NCBI GenBank assembly: GCA_963823435.1 | Contig: CAWGLN010000001.1 | Location: 852,872-916,871 of the forward strand | Direction: 5' to 3' | Source of the DNA: an uncultured Gammaproteobacteria bacterium | GTDB taxonomy: Bacteria; Pseudomonadota; Gammaproteobacteria; Steroidobacterales; BM003 | DNA length: 64,000 nucleotides | Part shown: positions 28,632-39,481 of the stretch, piece by piece | How the letters are laid out: every line of letters begins with the position of its first letter | How positions within the stretch are numbered: the stretch's first letter is position 1 | Translations under genes and position numbers: made by a program | The notes under the pieces: model-generated | Told to the model about the DNA's origin: nothing | Database searches by the model: none | Seen by the model: the letters and a program-made list of their open reading frames with translations, nothing else

Positions 28632-30020
28632 TCAGGGTCCGTATACTTCCGTCGGCAGCCAGGTGGCGATCCCTGGCCACATGGCCAGCAGGCACAGGGC
28701 CAGCAACTGGATCGCCACAAAAGGCATGGCACCAATATAGATGTCCGTAGTGCTGACCTGAGGCGGCGCCACCCCACGCAGATAGAACAGTGCGAAGCCA
28801 AAGGGTGGAGTCAGGAAGGACGTTTGCAGGTTAATCGCGATCATGACGCCCAGCCACACCGGATCCAGCCCCATTGACAGCAATACGGGCCCGACTATGG
28901 GCACCACTACAAAAGTTATTTCTATAAAGTCCAGGACAAATCCAAGCAAGAACATCACAAGCATCACCGCCAGCATGGCACCCAGGGCACCACCGGGGAG
29001 CTGCAGAAGCAGGTGTCGCACCGCCTCGTCACCGCCAAAACCGCGGAACACCAATGAGAATACCGAGGCTCCGATAAGAATCAGGAACACCATGCTGCTG
29101 ACCGAGGTAGTGCCGCGCATGACGTCGTGCAGGCGTGCCATATTGAGCTGCCCCCGGGACAGGGCCAGCAAGGTCGCCCCGAGGGCGCCGACGCCCGCCG
29201 CCTCAGTGGGAGTGGCAACCCCGGCGACGATGGAGCCGAGCACCGCCAGGATCAGCGCCAAGGGCGGGATAAGAACTTTCACGACCCGTTTGGCCAGTTG
29301 CATACCCGACAGACCCTGGCGAAGTTCGACGCTGGCAGCCGGCATGGACTCCGGCTTGAACCATGCGTACAGAGTGATGAACAGAATATACAGGGCAACC
29401 AGCAGCAGGCCGGGTAACAAGGCGCCGAGGAACAGTTCGCCAACGGTGACAGTCTTGGGATTAAAAATACCCCGGCTGATCTGGGACTGCTGGTAAGCAG
29501 AGGACAGCACGTCTCCAAGCATGACCAGGATGATGGATGGGGGGATGATCTGACCCAGGGTACCCGAAGCACAGATCGTGCCGGCAGCCAACCTTGGGTC
29601 GTAGCCACGCTTCATCATCGTGGGCAGGGACAGCAGGCCCATCGTAACCACGGTGGCGCCAACAATACCCGTGCTGGCGGCCAGCAGCATGCCGACCAGG
29701 GTGACCGCAATACCCAGCCCGCCGCGCAGCGTGCCAAACAGCAGCGACAGCGTATCCAGCAAGCTCTCCGCGATCCTGGACCGCTCAAGCATAATGCCCA
29801 TGAACACGAACAGAGGCACCGCGATCAGGGTGTCATTGGTCATCACCCCGAACAATCGGCTGGGCAGGGTGAACAAAAAGTTGGACTCAAACACACCCAA
29901 CAGGATGCCGCCACATGCAAAAACCAGGGCCGTACCGGCGAGAGTGAAAGCGACCGGGAAACCCGCCATCAGCACCAGGATAACCGTTAGAAACAGCAGT
30001 AATGAAATACCACCCGTCAC
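28632..30020 (-). CDS. TRAP transporter large permease (DctM family)
   Basis: A 462-aa polytopic protein with the typical DctM N-terminus (LLFLTVILVLMAGFPVAFTLAG) and GTLGQIIPPSI. Confidence 0.9.
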   Translation of the reverse strand: MTGGISLLLFLTVILVLMAGFPVAFTLAGTALVFACGGILLGVFESNFLFTLPSRLFGVMTNDTLIAVPLFVFMGIMLERSRIAESLLDTLSLLFGTLRGGLGIAVTLVGMLLAASTGIVGATVVTMGLLSLPTMMKRGYDPRLAAGTICASGTLGQIIPPSIILVMLGDVLSSAYQQSQISRGIFNPKTVTVGELFLGALLPGLLLVALYILFITLYAWFKPESMPAASVELRQGLSGMQLAKRVVKVLIPPLALILAVLGSIVAGVATPTEAAGVGALGATLLALSRGQLNMARLHDVMRGTTSVSSMVFLILIGASVFSLVFRGFGGDEAVRHLLLQLPGGALGAMLAVMLVMFLLGFVLDFIEITFVVVPIVGPVLLSMGLDPVWLGVMIAINLQTSFLTPPFGFALFYLRGVAPPQVSTTDIYIGAMPFVAIQLLALCLLAMWPGIATWLPTEVYGP

Positions 30021-30586
30021 GACTCTTCCCCCGTCGCCTGGTCAGCAAGAGGATTCCGGGGCAACCCAAGTAGCAGGAGCAGGCTGCGCAGCCCAAGCGC
30101 CAGACCTTGCAAACTAAGCAAGATAGCGCCCAGAGGTATCATCGCTTTCAGTAAAAATAATGCAGGCAGACCACCGGCTTCCTGGGATACCTCCTGGTAA
30201 CGCCAGGACGAGCCAACGTACTCCAGGCTTGAGAAAAAAATAAGCAAGGTGGTGGGCAGGAGCAGAAACAGTGTGCCCAGCAGATTCACCCATGCCTGCT
30301 TCCGCACGCTCATATTCCGGTAGAGGATGTCTACCCGCACGTGGTCCTCTCGTTGCAGGGTATAGGCGGCGCCGATCATGAACACCATCGAATGCATCCA
30401 GGTCACGGATTCCTGCAGCCATATCCAGCCCAGGTCGAAGACGTAACGCAGTACGACCACTATGCAGGTGACGATCACCATGAAAAGGGTGAGCCATGAG
30501 ACGGCCTGGCCGGTGACCTGGCTCAGCCTGTCCAGGCCGTCGGCCAGAGCCGAAGTAAACACTTGTCTTGCCGGCATCGCTGTCAA
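30017..30586 (-). CDS. TRAP transporter small permease (DctQ family)
   Basis: 189 aa with 4 TM segments. Its stop overlaps the dctM start by 4 nt. Confidence 0.8.
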   Translation of the reverse strand: MTAMPARQVFTSALADGLDRLSQVTGQAVSWLTLFMVIVTCIVVVLRYVFDLGWIWLQESVTWMHSMVFMIGAAYTLQREDHVRVDILYRNMSVRKQAWVNLLGTLFLLLPTTLLIFFSSLEYVGSSWRYQEVSQEAGGLPALFLLKAMIPLGAILLSLQGLALGLRSLLLLLGLPRNPLADQATGEES

Positions 30587-31308
30587 AGTTCCAGCATCAC
30601 TTGCTGATCTTCGGGAGTGGGTTCAAATCCGCGTCCGCGATAGTGATCAAAAATGATCTCCAGTACTTCCGCGGGTTCATCCGCCAGCGACACCAGGTCC
30701 AGGTCCTTTTCGGACAGCGTGGAATTCGCAATCAACTGATTCCGCATCCAATCCAGCAGGCCTGTCCAGAAAGGTCGATGAACCAGGATGATGGGTATGC
30801 GTCGTGATTTGCCGGTTTGCACCAGGGTCAGGATTTCCAGCAACTCATCCAGCGTGCCAAAGCCCCCCGGCAACACAACGTAGGCTGCAGCGTATTTAAC
30901 AAACATGACTTTACGAACGAAGAAATGCCGATAACTGAGCGAAAGATCCTGGTAGGCATTCGGCACCTGCTCCCTGGGCAGCTTGATATTCAACCCCACA
31001 CTGGGAGACTTGCCCTCGCAGGCGCCGCGATTAGCCGCCTCCATCAACCCGGGACCGCCACCGGTGACCACGGCGAAGCCCGCATTGGACAGTTGCAGCG
31101 AAATTTCCCGGGTCAAGGCATACCATGGATGATCTTCGTTCAGGCGGGCTGAACCAAATACGCTGACCGACGGAGGAATCAGCGACAACTGTTCGAATCC
31201 CTCTACAAACTCGGCCATGATGGTAAAAACTCGCCAGGACTCACGGGTCAGGTAGCCGGAATCCTGCACGTGTCGGGTGCGTCCTGAGCTCTCGAGTTTT
31301 TTCATCAT
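30583..31308 (-). CDS. LOG family / TIGR00730 Rossmann-fold nucleotide-binding protein
   Basis: VSVFGSARL.., VVTGGGPGLMEAANRGA and PGGFGTLDEL motifs. Confidence 0.8.
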   Translation of the reverse strand: MMKKLESSGRTRHVQDSGYLTRESWRVFTIMAEFVEGFEQLSLIPPSVSVFGSARLNEDHPWYALTREISLQLSNAGFAVVTGGGPGLMEAANRGACEGKSPSVGLNIKLPREQVPNAYQDLSLSYRHFFVRKVMFVKYAAAYVVLPGGFGTLDELLEILTLVQTGKSRRIPIILVHRPFWTGLLDWMRNQLIANSTLSEKDLDLVSLADEPAEVLEIIFDHYRGRGFEPTPEDQQVMLEL

Positions 31309-31622
31309 GCGTCCCTCTTCAGGCGCTTGAGAAAGACCAGCATTTCCTTTTCCGCCTGCTTGTCTCCCTGCGCCTTTGCCACCTGGATGCCCTTACTATA
31401 AGCTTCCGTGGCCATTAAAGTATCTCCCGATTCAGCGTGGATCTTCCCCAGCAGTTTCCAGGCAGCCGAGAAATCCGGCTGCATCTGTACAGCCTTCTGC
31501 GCATGTGGCAAGGCGCCGGGCAGATCGTCCTGCTTGCGCATCTCCCCGGCGAGGGAGTAGCGCAGCAAGGGGCTGTCCATACCACGCTCCATCAGTGCCA
31601 GCAGGCTTTGCACACTTGCCAC
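31305..31622 (-). CDS. Small tetratricopeptide-repeat protein
   Basis: 105 aa with TPR-like helices (A.KAVQMQPDFSAAWKLLGKIHAESGD...AYSKGIQVAKAQGD). Confidence 0.55.
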   Translation of the reverse strand: MASVQSLLALMERGMDSPLLRYSLAGEMRKQDDLPGALPHAQKAVQMQPDFSAAWKLLGKIHAESGDTLMATEAYSKGIQVAKAQGDKQAEKEMLVFLKRLKRDA

Positions 31623-31632
31623 CAGCCGTTTC

Positions 31633-33087
31633 CTAGCGGCGCCAGAAAGTGGGTGTGAACAATACGAAAAGGGTAAAGATTTCCAACCTGCCTAACAACA
31701 TTGCGGCGATGCAAATCCACTTGGCTGCGTCGCTTACGCTGCGAAAATTTCCGGCCACGTCACCCAGGCCCGGTCCGAGGTTGTTCAGTGTCGCGCTGAT
31801 GGCAGCAAAGGCCGTTACCTGGTCCAGGCCGGTAACCATGAGCAGGAGCATCATGAGCGCAAAAAGCACGATGTACACAGAGAAGAAACCCCAGACAGCC
31901 TCAACAATACGCAGCGGCACGGCCTTCTGGCCAAGCTTGATCGGAATCTCGGCACTGGGGTGCACCAGGCGAAAAATCTCACGCATGCCCTGCTTGTAAA
32001 TCAGCAACCACCTGACCACTTTCATGCCGCCGCCAGTGGAACCAGCGCAACCACCGATAAAGCTGGAGAGCAGGAGTAATACCGGGAGCCCAACCGGCCA
32101 ATGCACGTATTCGGTGGTGGTGAAGCCGGTAGTGGTGGAAATGGACACGGCCTGGAACAAGCCATGCACGATGGTATCAGCTGGATTGTCGTATTCCCTG
32201 GCCCACAGCAGGATGAGTATGGTCACGACTACCAGACCCAGCTGAAGTCCCAGGTAGGCACGAAACTCCGGGTCCATAAAATAATGCCGAAGGCTGCGCT
32301 TTTCCCAGGCATAGAAATGCAGGGCAAAGTTGGCTCCTGAAACAAACATGAAAAACACGGCGATCAAATGAATTGTGTGACTGCCGAAGTAGCCCATGCT
32401 GGCGTCGTGGGTAGAGAAGCCCCCGATGGCCACAGTGCTGAAGCTGTGCCCAATGGCGTCGAACAGCTCCATACCCGCACCCCAGTAGGCCAGGGCACAG
32501 GCAATGGTCAGCGCAAGGTAAATCTGCCACAGGCGATTGGCCGTCTGGCTGATACGTGGGGCGATACGGGTATCCTTCGCCGGCCCGGGTGTTTCGGCCT
32601 TGTAAAGCTGCATGCCACCTACGCCCAGCATCGGCAGCACAGCCACGGCCAGCACGATGATTCCCATGCCGCCCAGCCACTGAAGTTGCTGACGATAATA
32701 AAGTATGGATTTCGAGGGAGGTAGTCGAGATTGATCAACACGGTAGCACCGGTAGTGGTAAGCCCGGCGATGGATTCGAACACGGCATCAACCAGGGACA
32801 TGTTCAGCACCCCTGCGCTCAACAGGGGCACGGCACCGGCAAATCCCAGCGCGACCCAGAACAAAGCCACGACCAGGAAACCGTCTCGTAATCGCAGGCT
32901 CACCTTGTAATTGCGTAGCGGGAAGTAGATCAGGAAGCCCAGTACAAAAAGCCCGCCCGCGGAATACAGGAAATTTGACCGTCTGACCGTCTTCGTAAAA
33001 GGTGGCGACCCCGGCCGGGGGCAGCATGAATATGCTGAAGGCCATGAGCAAACGACCGAAAATTCTTGTGACGGCGCCTAGATGCAT
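31633..33087 (-). CDS. trkH: Trk potassium uptake protein TrkH, frame-disrupted twice
   Basis: Three frame segments are collinear with E. coli TrkH: MHLGAVTRIFG.., then ..ESIAGLTTTGATVL.., then ..QWLGGMGIIVLAVAVLPMLGVGGMQLYKAE...FTPTFWRR. The shifts lie at GGG 32716-32718 and near 32968-32973. The total is 1455 nt, or 485 codons. Confidence 0.85.
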
Positions 33088-33155
33088 GTCCCGAAAGGAC
33101 TCCCTACTTGGCAACGCTGGATCCGACCTGAACGGTAAGGTTCATGGCCAGACGA

Positions 33156-34535
33156 TTACAGATAGCTGATGCCAACCTGAAAAAGTTGCTCAACTTTCTT
33201 CAGAGCCCGCTTGCGCTCCGTTATAAACAGAATTACGTGATCATCGGCTTGAATTACCGTGTCATGATGGGCCATCAGGACCTGGTCGCCGCGTACGATG
33301 GCCGCGATGTCGGCGCCCCGCGGAAGCTTGATGTCTTCGATCATCCGGCCTACCACCTTGGACGTTTTCTCGTCGCCGTGGGCAATGGCTTCAATTGCTT
33401 CGGCGCTGCCGGTGCGTAAGGAATGCACCCGCACGACGTCACCGCGCCTCAAGTGCGTGAGCAATGCGCCTATGGTGATTTCCTGCGGCGATATAGCTAT
33501 GTCTATGCTGCCTTGTTCCACCAGGGCCGCATAGGAGGGTCGATTAATAAGAGCCATTACTTTGTGCGCACCCAGGCTCTTGGCCAACATGGCTGAGAGA
33601 ATGTTGGCCTCCTCGGCATTGGTAAGAGCGACAAACACGTCGGCGTTATCGATATTTTCCTCAAGCAACAATTCTTCATCGGCTGCGTCACCGCACAGCA
33701 CCACGCTGTTGTTGAGCAGCTCGGAAATCTTGCGCGCCCGCTCGGGATTGCGTTCGATGATGCGCACGTGATTGGTTTGCTCCAATGCCTTGGCCAGCTG
33801 GAAGCCGATGTTGCCACCCCCGGCAATGAACACCCGGCGTACCGGGTCCTCAAGTTTTCGCATCTCGCTCATGACCGCGCGAATATCCTGGCGCGCAGCG
33901 ATAAAGAACACCTCGTCACCGTCCTCGATGACCGTGTCACCGCTGGGCTTAACGCTTTTGCCATCACGGTAAATCGCTGCCACGCGACTATCCACATCCG
34001 GAATATGCTGACGCAATGCCCGTATCTGCTGGCCTACCAGCAGGCCACCCTTGCGCGCCCTCAGACCCACCAGGCGTACCCGGCCGTTGGCAAACTCCAG
34101 GGCCTGCGTGGCCCCCGGATATTTAATCAACTGCTCCACGTATTCACATACCAGATGCTCGGGACTGATGCGCACATCCACCGGCATGGCGTCCCGGCCA
34201 AACAATTCCTTGTGACTGAGGTAGGCGCCCGAGCGAATGCGGGCGATTTTTGTGGGTGTATGAAACAGGGTATATGCAACCTGACAGGCAACAATATTTA
34301 CTTCGTCACTGTCGGTCAGGGCAATGATCATATCGGCGTCGGCGGCGCCTGCTCTTTCCAGCACATCCGGATGCGAGGCTTCGCCCTGCACCGTGCGAAT
34401 ATCCAGACGGTCCTGCAGTTCCCGGAGGACATCGCCGTCCAGGTCCACGACGGTTACATCGTTGGATTCATCCTTGGCAAGATTGTGCGCGGCGGTGGAG
34501 CCAACCTGGCCGGCTCCGAGGATGAGTATGTTCAT
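33156..34535 (-). CDS. trkA: Trk system NAD-binding protein TrkA
   Basis: MNILILGAGQVGSTAAHNL..DVTVVD.. and the second Rossmann repeat FIAGGGNIGFQLAKAL. The 459-aa protein is collinear with E. coli TrkA. Confidence 0.9.
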   Translation of the reverse strand: MNILILGAGQVGSTAAHNLAKDESNDVTVVDLDGDVLRELQDRLDIRTVQGEASHPDVLERAGAADADMIIALTDSDEVNIVACQVAYTLFHTPTKIARIRSGAYLSHKELFGRDAMPVDVRISPEHLVCEYVEQLIKYPGATQALEFANGRVRLVGLRARKGGLLVGQQIRALRQHIPDVDSRVAAIYRDGKSVKPSGDTVIEDGDEVFFIAARQDIRAVMSEMRKLEDPVRRVFIAGGGNIGFQLAKALEQTNHVRIIERNPERARKISELLNNSVVLCGDAADEELLLEENIDNADVFVALTNAEEANILSAMLAKSLGAHKVMALINRPSYAALVEQGSIDIAISPQEITIGALLTHLRRGDVVRVHSLRTGSAEAIEAIAHGDEKTSKVVGRMIEDIKLPRGADIAAIVRGDQVLMAHHDTVIQADDHVILFITERKRALKKVEQLFQVGISYL

Positions 34536-34719
34536 AGTGTTTTCTCGGCCTGCATGCTGGGGTCATCCAATTTCGGGCCCAAACGCACGGTAGCATATGT
34601 TTCCGCCGGGCTGGAGTATCCCGGGCCTTTCCGGTGACCATAACCCCGGCCATCGCTTCTTGTTCACTACCGGGAATTGTACTCCAACTGAACCCACGGG
34701 AGCCCGCTCCTGCCTGCTG

Positions 34720-36879
34720 CTACAGTGGCACCAGATTGGCATAGGCCATGACCAGCCACTTGCTTCCGGCGTGCTCGAAATTTACTTGTACCCTTGCCTG
34801 GGCCCCCTGGCCTTCGTAATTCAGGATCACCCCGTCTCCGAACTTGCTGTGCCTGACGCGCTGGCCCAGTCTCACCCCGGCCGGAGCCGGTTCCTGGCTC
34901 GCAAAACGGCCTGCCTGCAATGGCCTGCTGACCTTGACCTGGGGTCTGATTTCCTCGATCAGTTCCCGGGGGAATTCATGCAAAAATCGCGAGGGGATGC
35001 CGAAAGTATCCACGCCGTGCAGGCGTCTCTGCTCAGCGTAGGTCAGGTAGAGATGTTGCATGGCCCGGGTGGCGCCCACGTAGCAAAGACGACGCTCTTC
35101 TTCCAGGCCGTTAAGGTCGTTGAGGGAGCGCTGATGGGGAAACAGACCGTCTTCCATGCCGCAAATAAAAACCATCGGAAATTCCAGCCCCTTGGCCGAG
35201 TGCATGGTCATCATTTGCACACAGTCTTCCCAGGCATCGGCCTGCCCCTCGCCGGCTTCCAGCGCCGCATGGGACAGGAAGGCCGCCATCGGACTCATCT
35301 CGACCTCCGGATCAGTATCCGGTTCGAAGCCCCGTGCCGCACTGACCAGTTCCTCGAGATTCTCTATACGGGCTTCGCCGCGCTCGCCTTTTTCCTTCTT
35401 GCAGTGTTCTATCAGCCCGGTGACCTGGATGACCCGGTCTATCTGCTCGTGCAGATCCAGATTGCCAACTTGCTGGTCGAGGTCCTCGATAAGTCGCAGG
35501 AAATCACTCACCGCCCTGGCGGCCCGACCGCCCAGACCATCGGCAATACAGGCACCGGCGGCTTCCCACATGCTGGTGGCGTTGTCCCGGGCGTACTGAC
35601 GAATGATCTCAACCGTGCGAGAGCCTATCCCCCGGGTGGGTGTATTGATAACCCGTTCAATCGAGGGGTCATCCCCGCGATTTTCGAGTAGACGCAGGTA
35701 GGCAAGGGCATCCTTGATTTCCGCGCGTTCGAAAAAACGCAGACCGCCATATACGCGATAAGGCATCCGGGCATTAAGAAAAGCTTCTTCAAGCACCCTG
35801 GATTGGGCGTTGGAGCGATACAGTACGGCAACTTCGCTGCGGGTGTTGCCCTGGGCAACCCAGTCCTTGATGCGGCTGGTTACAAAATCCGCTTCGTCAC
35901 GCTCGTTAAAGGCGGAGTACACCCGTATCGGGTCGCCCTCCGCGTCACTGGTCCAGAGGTTTTTACCCAGGCGGGAGCTGTTGTTCGCAATCAGCGCGTT
36001 GGCGGCTGCCAGGATATTGCCGGTAGAGCGGTAATTTTGTTCCAGGCGCACGGTGCGAGTGCCGGGAAAATCTCTCTCGAACTGGTGAATATGCTCGATG
36101 CGCGCGCCGCGCCAACCATAGATGGACTGGTCATCGTCACCCACCACGAAGGGCTTGCCATGCTTGCCGGCAAGCAGTCGCAGCCAGGCGTACTGAATAC
36201 GGTTGGTATCCTGGAATTCGTCCACCAGAAGGTGCCGGAAGCGGTTCTGGTAATGCGCCAGCAAGCTTTCGTCCTTGAGCCATAATTCATGGGCGCGCAG
36301 GAGCAGCTCGGCGAAGTCCACTACCCCGGCCCGGTCGCAGGCCTTCTGGTAGGCAGAGTACAGGGCCACCAGCTGCTGACGCATCGGATCATTTTCGGCG
36401 TCGATATGTTCCGGTCGCAAGCCCTCGTCTTTCTGGGCATTGATAAACCACTGCACGTCCTTCGGTGGCCAGCGGGTGTCGTCTATCTCCAGGCTCTTGA
36501 GCATGCGCCGTATCATGCGGTACTGGTCTTCCGAGTCCAGGATCTGGAAGCTCTGTGGCAGGCCGGCCTCGCGCCAGTGTATGCGCAGGAGACGGTGCGC
36601 CAGGCCATGGAAAGTACCAATCCACAAGGTCGACGAGGGTGTTTCAAGCAGGGTTTCGATACGCGAGCGCATTTCCCTGGCGGCCTTGTTGGTAAAGGTC
36701 ACCGCCAGGATGCCGTGAGGAGACACGTTTTCCACTTGCACCAGCCACGCGATGCGATGCACCAGCACGCGGGTTTTCCCGCTGCCGGCCCCGGCCAGGA
36801 CCAGCAGGGAATCGGCGGGTGCAGTGACAGCCTCGCGCTGGGCCTCGTTGAGGCCTTCAATAATCGGGGTTACATCCAT
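34720..36879 (-). CDS. uvrD: DNA helicase II
   Basis: LLVLAGAGSGKTRVLVHRIAWL, DEFQDTN, and a C-terminal ..GSKWLVMAYANLVPL tail resembling E. coli UvrD. The length is 719 aa. Confidence 0.9.
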   Translation of the reverse strand: MDVTPIIEGLNEAQREAVTAPADSLLVLAGAGSGKTRVLVHRIAWLVQVENVSPHGILAVTFTNKAAREMRSRIETLLETPSSTLWIGTFHGLAHRLLRIHWREAGLPQSFQILDSEDQYRMIRRMLKSLEIDDTRWPPKDVQWFINAQKDEGLRPEHIDAENDPMRQQLVALYSAYQKACDRAGVVDFAELLLRAHELWLKDESLLAHYQNRFRHLLVDEFQDTNRIQYAWLRLLAGKHGKPFVVGDDDQSIYGWRGARIEHIHQFERDFPGTRTVRLEQNYRSTGNILAAANALIANNSSRLGKNLWTSDAEGDPIRVYSAFNERDEADFVTSRIKDWVAQGNTRSEVAVLYRSNAQSRVLEEAFLNARMPYRVYGGLRFFERAEIKDALAYLRLLENRGDDPSIERVINTPTRGIGSRTVEIIRQYARDNATSMWEAAGACIADGLGGRAARAVSDFLRLIEDLDQQVGNLDLHEQIDRVIQVTGLIEHCKKEKGERGEARIENLEELVSAARGFEPDTDPEVEMSPMAAFLSHAALEAGEGQADAWEDCVQMMTMHSAKGLEFPMVFICGMEDGLFPHQRSLNDLNGLEEERRLCYVGATRAMQHLYLTYAEQRRLHGVDTFGIPSRFLHEFPRELIEEIRPQVKVSRPLQAGRFASQEPAPAGVRLGQRVRHSKFGDGVILNYEGQGAQARVQVNFEHAGSKWLVMAYANLVPL

Positions 36880-37048
36880 ATCGGGGTGAGCATTCTATCC
36901 TGGAGGTCAGAGGGTCAAGGATGCCAGATCGCGTCGGCTCCTGCCCACACTGTACCGGGTCTGGACCGGCACTCGGGAGCCTCTAATCGATTCATGAACG
37001 TGTATCTTGCGTCTAAAAGCCCCAGCTTCTGCGTTGCCAATCTTCGCG

Positions 37049-37099
37049 GTAGGGTGCGTTCTACGCACCATTCTATACGGTGCACAGAGTGCACCCTAC
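37049..37099. repeat. REP-like compound palindromic element
   Basis: Two adjacent 7-bp hairpins are present: GGTGCGT-tct-ACGCACC at 37053-37069 and GGTGCAC-aga-GTGCACC at 37079-37095. They are enclosed by the outer inverted repeat GTAGGGTGC (37049-37057) / GCACCCTAC (37091-37099). Only one copy occurs in this window. Confidence 0.5.
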
Positions 37100-37170
37100 G
37101 TTCGACTGTCGCCTTGAATCTGATTCTTTTCGCTCACAATCTACTAGGCCCAGAGTAAATCAGAGGCTCC

Positions 37171-38052
37171 CTAAAATTTTATCGGCAGGTAATGGTCTAC
37201 CAGCAAGAACGCAAACAGCCCCATCAGGTAGGTGGTCGAGTAGGCAAAGGTTTTCATGGGCAGGTCGGGTCTGTCACTGGTCTTCAAGGCTATGGCGAAA
37301 TACAGAAAGCCAAAACCGAGCGCCAGTGCGCCAAGCAGGTATATCAAACCGCACATGCCGGTCAGGTAGGGCAGTAAGGACACCAGTAACAACAGGATGG
37401 TGTACAGCAGGATATGCAGGCGCGTGAATTTATTGCCGTGGGTTACCGGCAACATGGGAATACCCACCCGGGCGTAATCATCCCTGCGCGCAATGGCCAG
37501 GGCCCAGAAGTGGGGCGGTGTCCAGACGAAGATAATCAGGACCAGCAGCAACGCATTGGCGTCCACCGAGTTGGTCACCGCGGTCCAGCCCAGCAGCGGC
37601 GGGGCGGCGCCGGATACGCCACCGATCACGATGTTCTGGGGTGAGGCATGTTTGAGCCACAACGTGTAAATGAACGCATAGCCTATCAGCGAGGCGAAGG
37701 TCAGCACCGCGGTAAGCGGGTTGATGGTCAGCCACAGCAGCAAGACCGAGGCCAGACCCAGGACAAAGGCCAGCACGATGGCCTCGCGCACAGACACCTT
37801 GCCGGTGGGTAGCGGGCGGCGCTTGGTGCGGCCCATACGCGCATCCAGGTGATATTCCAGCAGTTGATTAATGGCTGCGGCCGAGGCGGCAGCAAAGCCT
37901 ATGCCCAGGGTTCCGAGGATCAGCGTGTCCAGGGGCACCATTCCCGGCGTCGCCAGGAACATACCCACCACGGCGGTAAACACGATCAAGGCCACGACCT
38001 TGGGCTTGGTCAGTTCATAGTAATCCCGGAAACGGTTGGACTGGGCAGTCAT
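37171..38052 (-). CDS. cyoE: Protoheme IX farnesyltransferase (heme O synthase)
   Basis: [20 protein letters not shown].., [11 protein letters not shown] and a UbiA-fold polytopic protein at the end of the cox cluster. Confidence 0.9.
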   Translation of the reverse strand: MTAQSNRFRDYYELTKPKVVALIVFTAVVGMFLATPGMVPLDTLILGTLGIGFAAASAAAINQLLEYHLDARMGRTKRRPLPTGKVSVREAIVLAFVLGLASVLLLWLTINPLTAVLTFASLIGYAFIYTLWLKHASPQNIVIGGVSGAAPPLLGWTAVTNSVDANALLLVLIIFVWTPPHFWALAIARRDDYARVGIPMLPVTHGNKFTRLHILLYTILLLLVSLLPYLTGMCGLIYLLGALALGFGFLYFAIALKTSDRPDLPMKTFAYSTTYLMGLFAFLLVDHYLPIKF

Positions 38053-38101
38053 ATATTCACTCGGGTAATTCAGCTACCGCCGCTGGCAAGTTGCGCTGGC
38101 G

Positions 38102-38707
38102 CTAGCCAATGTGGGACAGCTTGAGCAGTTTTTTCAGGTCGGTCAGGATACCCTTGGGTTCGCTGCGGGACCCGTAACTCATCATCAGGTTACCCAGGGG
38201 ATCAACCAGGTAGATCCTGCCGGAAACCAGGGGATCGGCTTGCTCATAGCCGGGCAGGACCTCGATAAAGGTGGTCCTGTCGGCTCCATCCAGCCAGGCG
38301 GTGATCAGGTCCGGGTGCTCCTGGCCCAGGTCGCGTATTTCGCAACAGGGGCTGTTCACCAGGAATACCCGCTGTACCCGGTCCATGTCCTTACCCAAAG
38401 CCGTGCGAATCTGGCGCGTATTGTACAGTGCGTCCACGCAAGCGGTGTCACAGTCCCAGCCATCGATATAAAGCAGGGTCCACATGCCCCGCAGATCTTC
38501 CCGGGTGAGTTCGCTACCCTCGGGCGCCGGGAAACTGAATTCGGGCAGAGGACTGGCCGGATACACCAGATCTCCATGTTCGGTCTGTCCCGCGGGACGC
38601 CAGCCACCGGATAGATAATAGCCCCACAGGGCGATAGCCACCGGTCCGAAGAACAGCAGGGCCAGGAGCAAAAATTTCGCCCGGGAGCGTGGTTGTCGTT
38701 CAGTCAT
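38102..38707 (-). CDS. Membrane-anchored thioredoxin-fold/SCO-like protein of the cox cluster (function unclear)
   Basis: One N-terminal TM segment, then GMWTLLYIDGWDCDTAC.., reminiscent of the SCO CxxxC region. The start ATG overlaps the SURF1 stop by 8 nt. Confidence 0.45.
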   Translation of the reverse strand: MTERQPRSRAKFLLLALLFFGPVAIALWGYYLSGGWRPAGQTEHGDLVYPASPLPEFSFPAPEGSELTREDLRGMWTLLYIDGWDCDTACVDALYNTRQIRTALGKDMDRVQRVFLVNSPCCEIRDLGQEHPDLITAWLDGADRTTFIEVLPGYEQADPLVSGRIYLVDPLGNLMMSYGSRSEPKGILTDLKKLLKLSHIG

Positions 38708-39438
38708 GCATTTCTTCCTCGGGGCGGCGCAGATTCACCACCACGTAAATTATTACCAGCGCCATGGCCATGGCAAACCACTGCATGGCGTAACCCAGGT
38801 GTTTTTCCGGCGACACCAGTTGGGGTCGCCAGGCGCGCAAGAAACCATCGGGCCTGTTGGCGTCCAGAAACACGATTGTACCCAGTACCGGATAGCCCAG
38901 CATCTTCTCGACTTGCTCCCGGGTCGGGTATAGCGCGACCCGCGGCCAACCCGATTCGTTGGTGCTGACCCCGCTCAGACGCATGGCCGGCTCGGGCAGA
39001 TGGCCTGCAAGCCCGGTCACCCGCCGTCTCCATCTCCGCTACATCCAGCATGGGCAGGATTCCCCGGTTGGATTCAGCCTCGATCCAGCCGCGGTTCACC
39101 AGCACTGCCGGCTGGCCGTCGCGCAGCAAGGGTGTCAGCACCTGGTAGCCCGTGCGGCCCTCATGCATCATGGCATCCAGCAATACCTGGTGTTGGCTGT
39201 CGAATCGACCGTAAGCAGTAACCGGCGTAAACGGTCGGCTCCCGGGTTCAAGCTGGTCTACCGGCAATGCGCCCTGGTCACGAATCCCGGCCTCAAAACT
39301 CGCATACAGCGCGGCCTTTTCTTCGGCGCGGTCCAGCTGCCAGCTGCCCAGGCTGCAAGTCAGCGTCACCAGCGCCAGGGTGACCAGCGTGGGCCAAACA
39401 CCGGGTTTAAATCGCCGATTGCCGAGTCGCGCAGCCAC
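38700..39438 (-). CDS. SURF1 family cytochrome oxidase assembly protein, frame-disrupted
   Basis: PTLVTLALVTLTCSLGSWQLDRAEEK..VLVNRGW.. is in one frame. ..VTGLAGHLPEP...HLGYAMQWFAMAMALVIIYV is in the next. They are repairable at CCC 39020-39022. The length is 3n+1. Confidence 0.8.
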
Positions 39439-39481
39439 GGTATACTCACCCTCCGGTTATCAATGCGACAGGCATCGCACC

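Noticed and set aside
30608-30628. GGGTTCAAATCCGCG, which resembles a tRNA T-arm/T-loop.
   Set aside because: The flanking bases do not form a T-stem (GTGGG versus CCGCG). No acceptor or anticodon arms can be drawn. It lies inside the well-supported LOG-family coding sequence.
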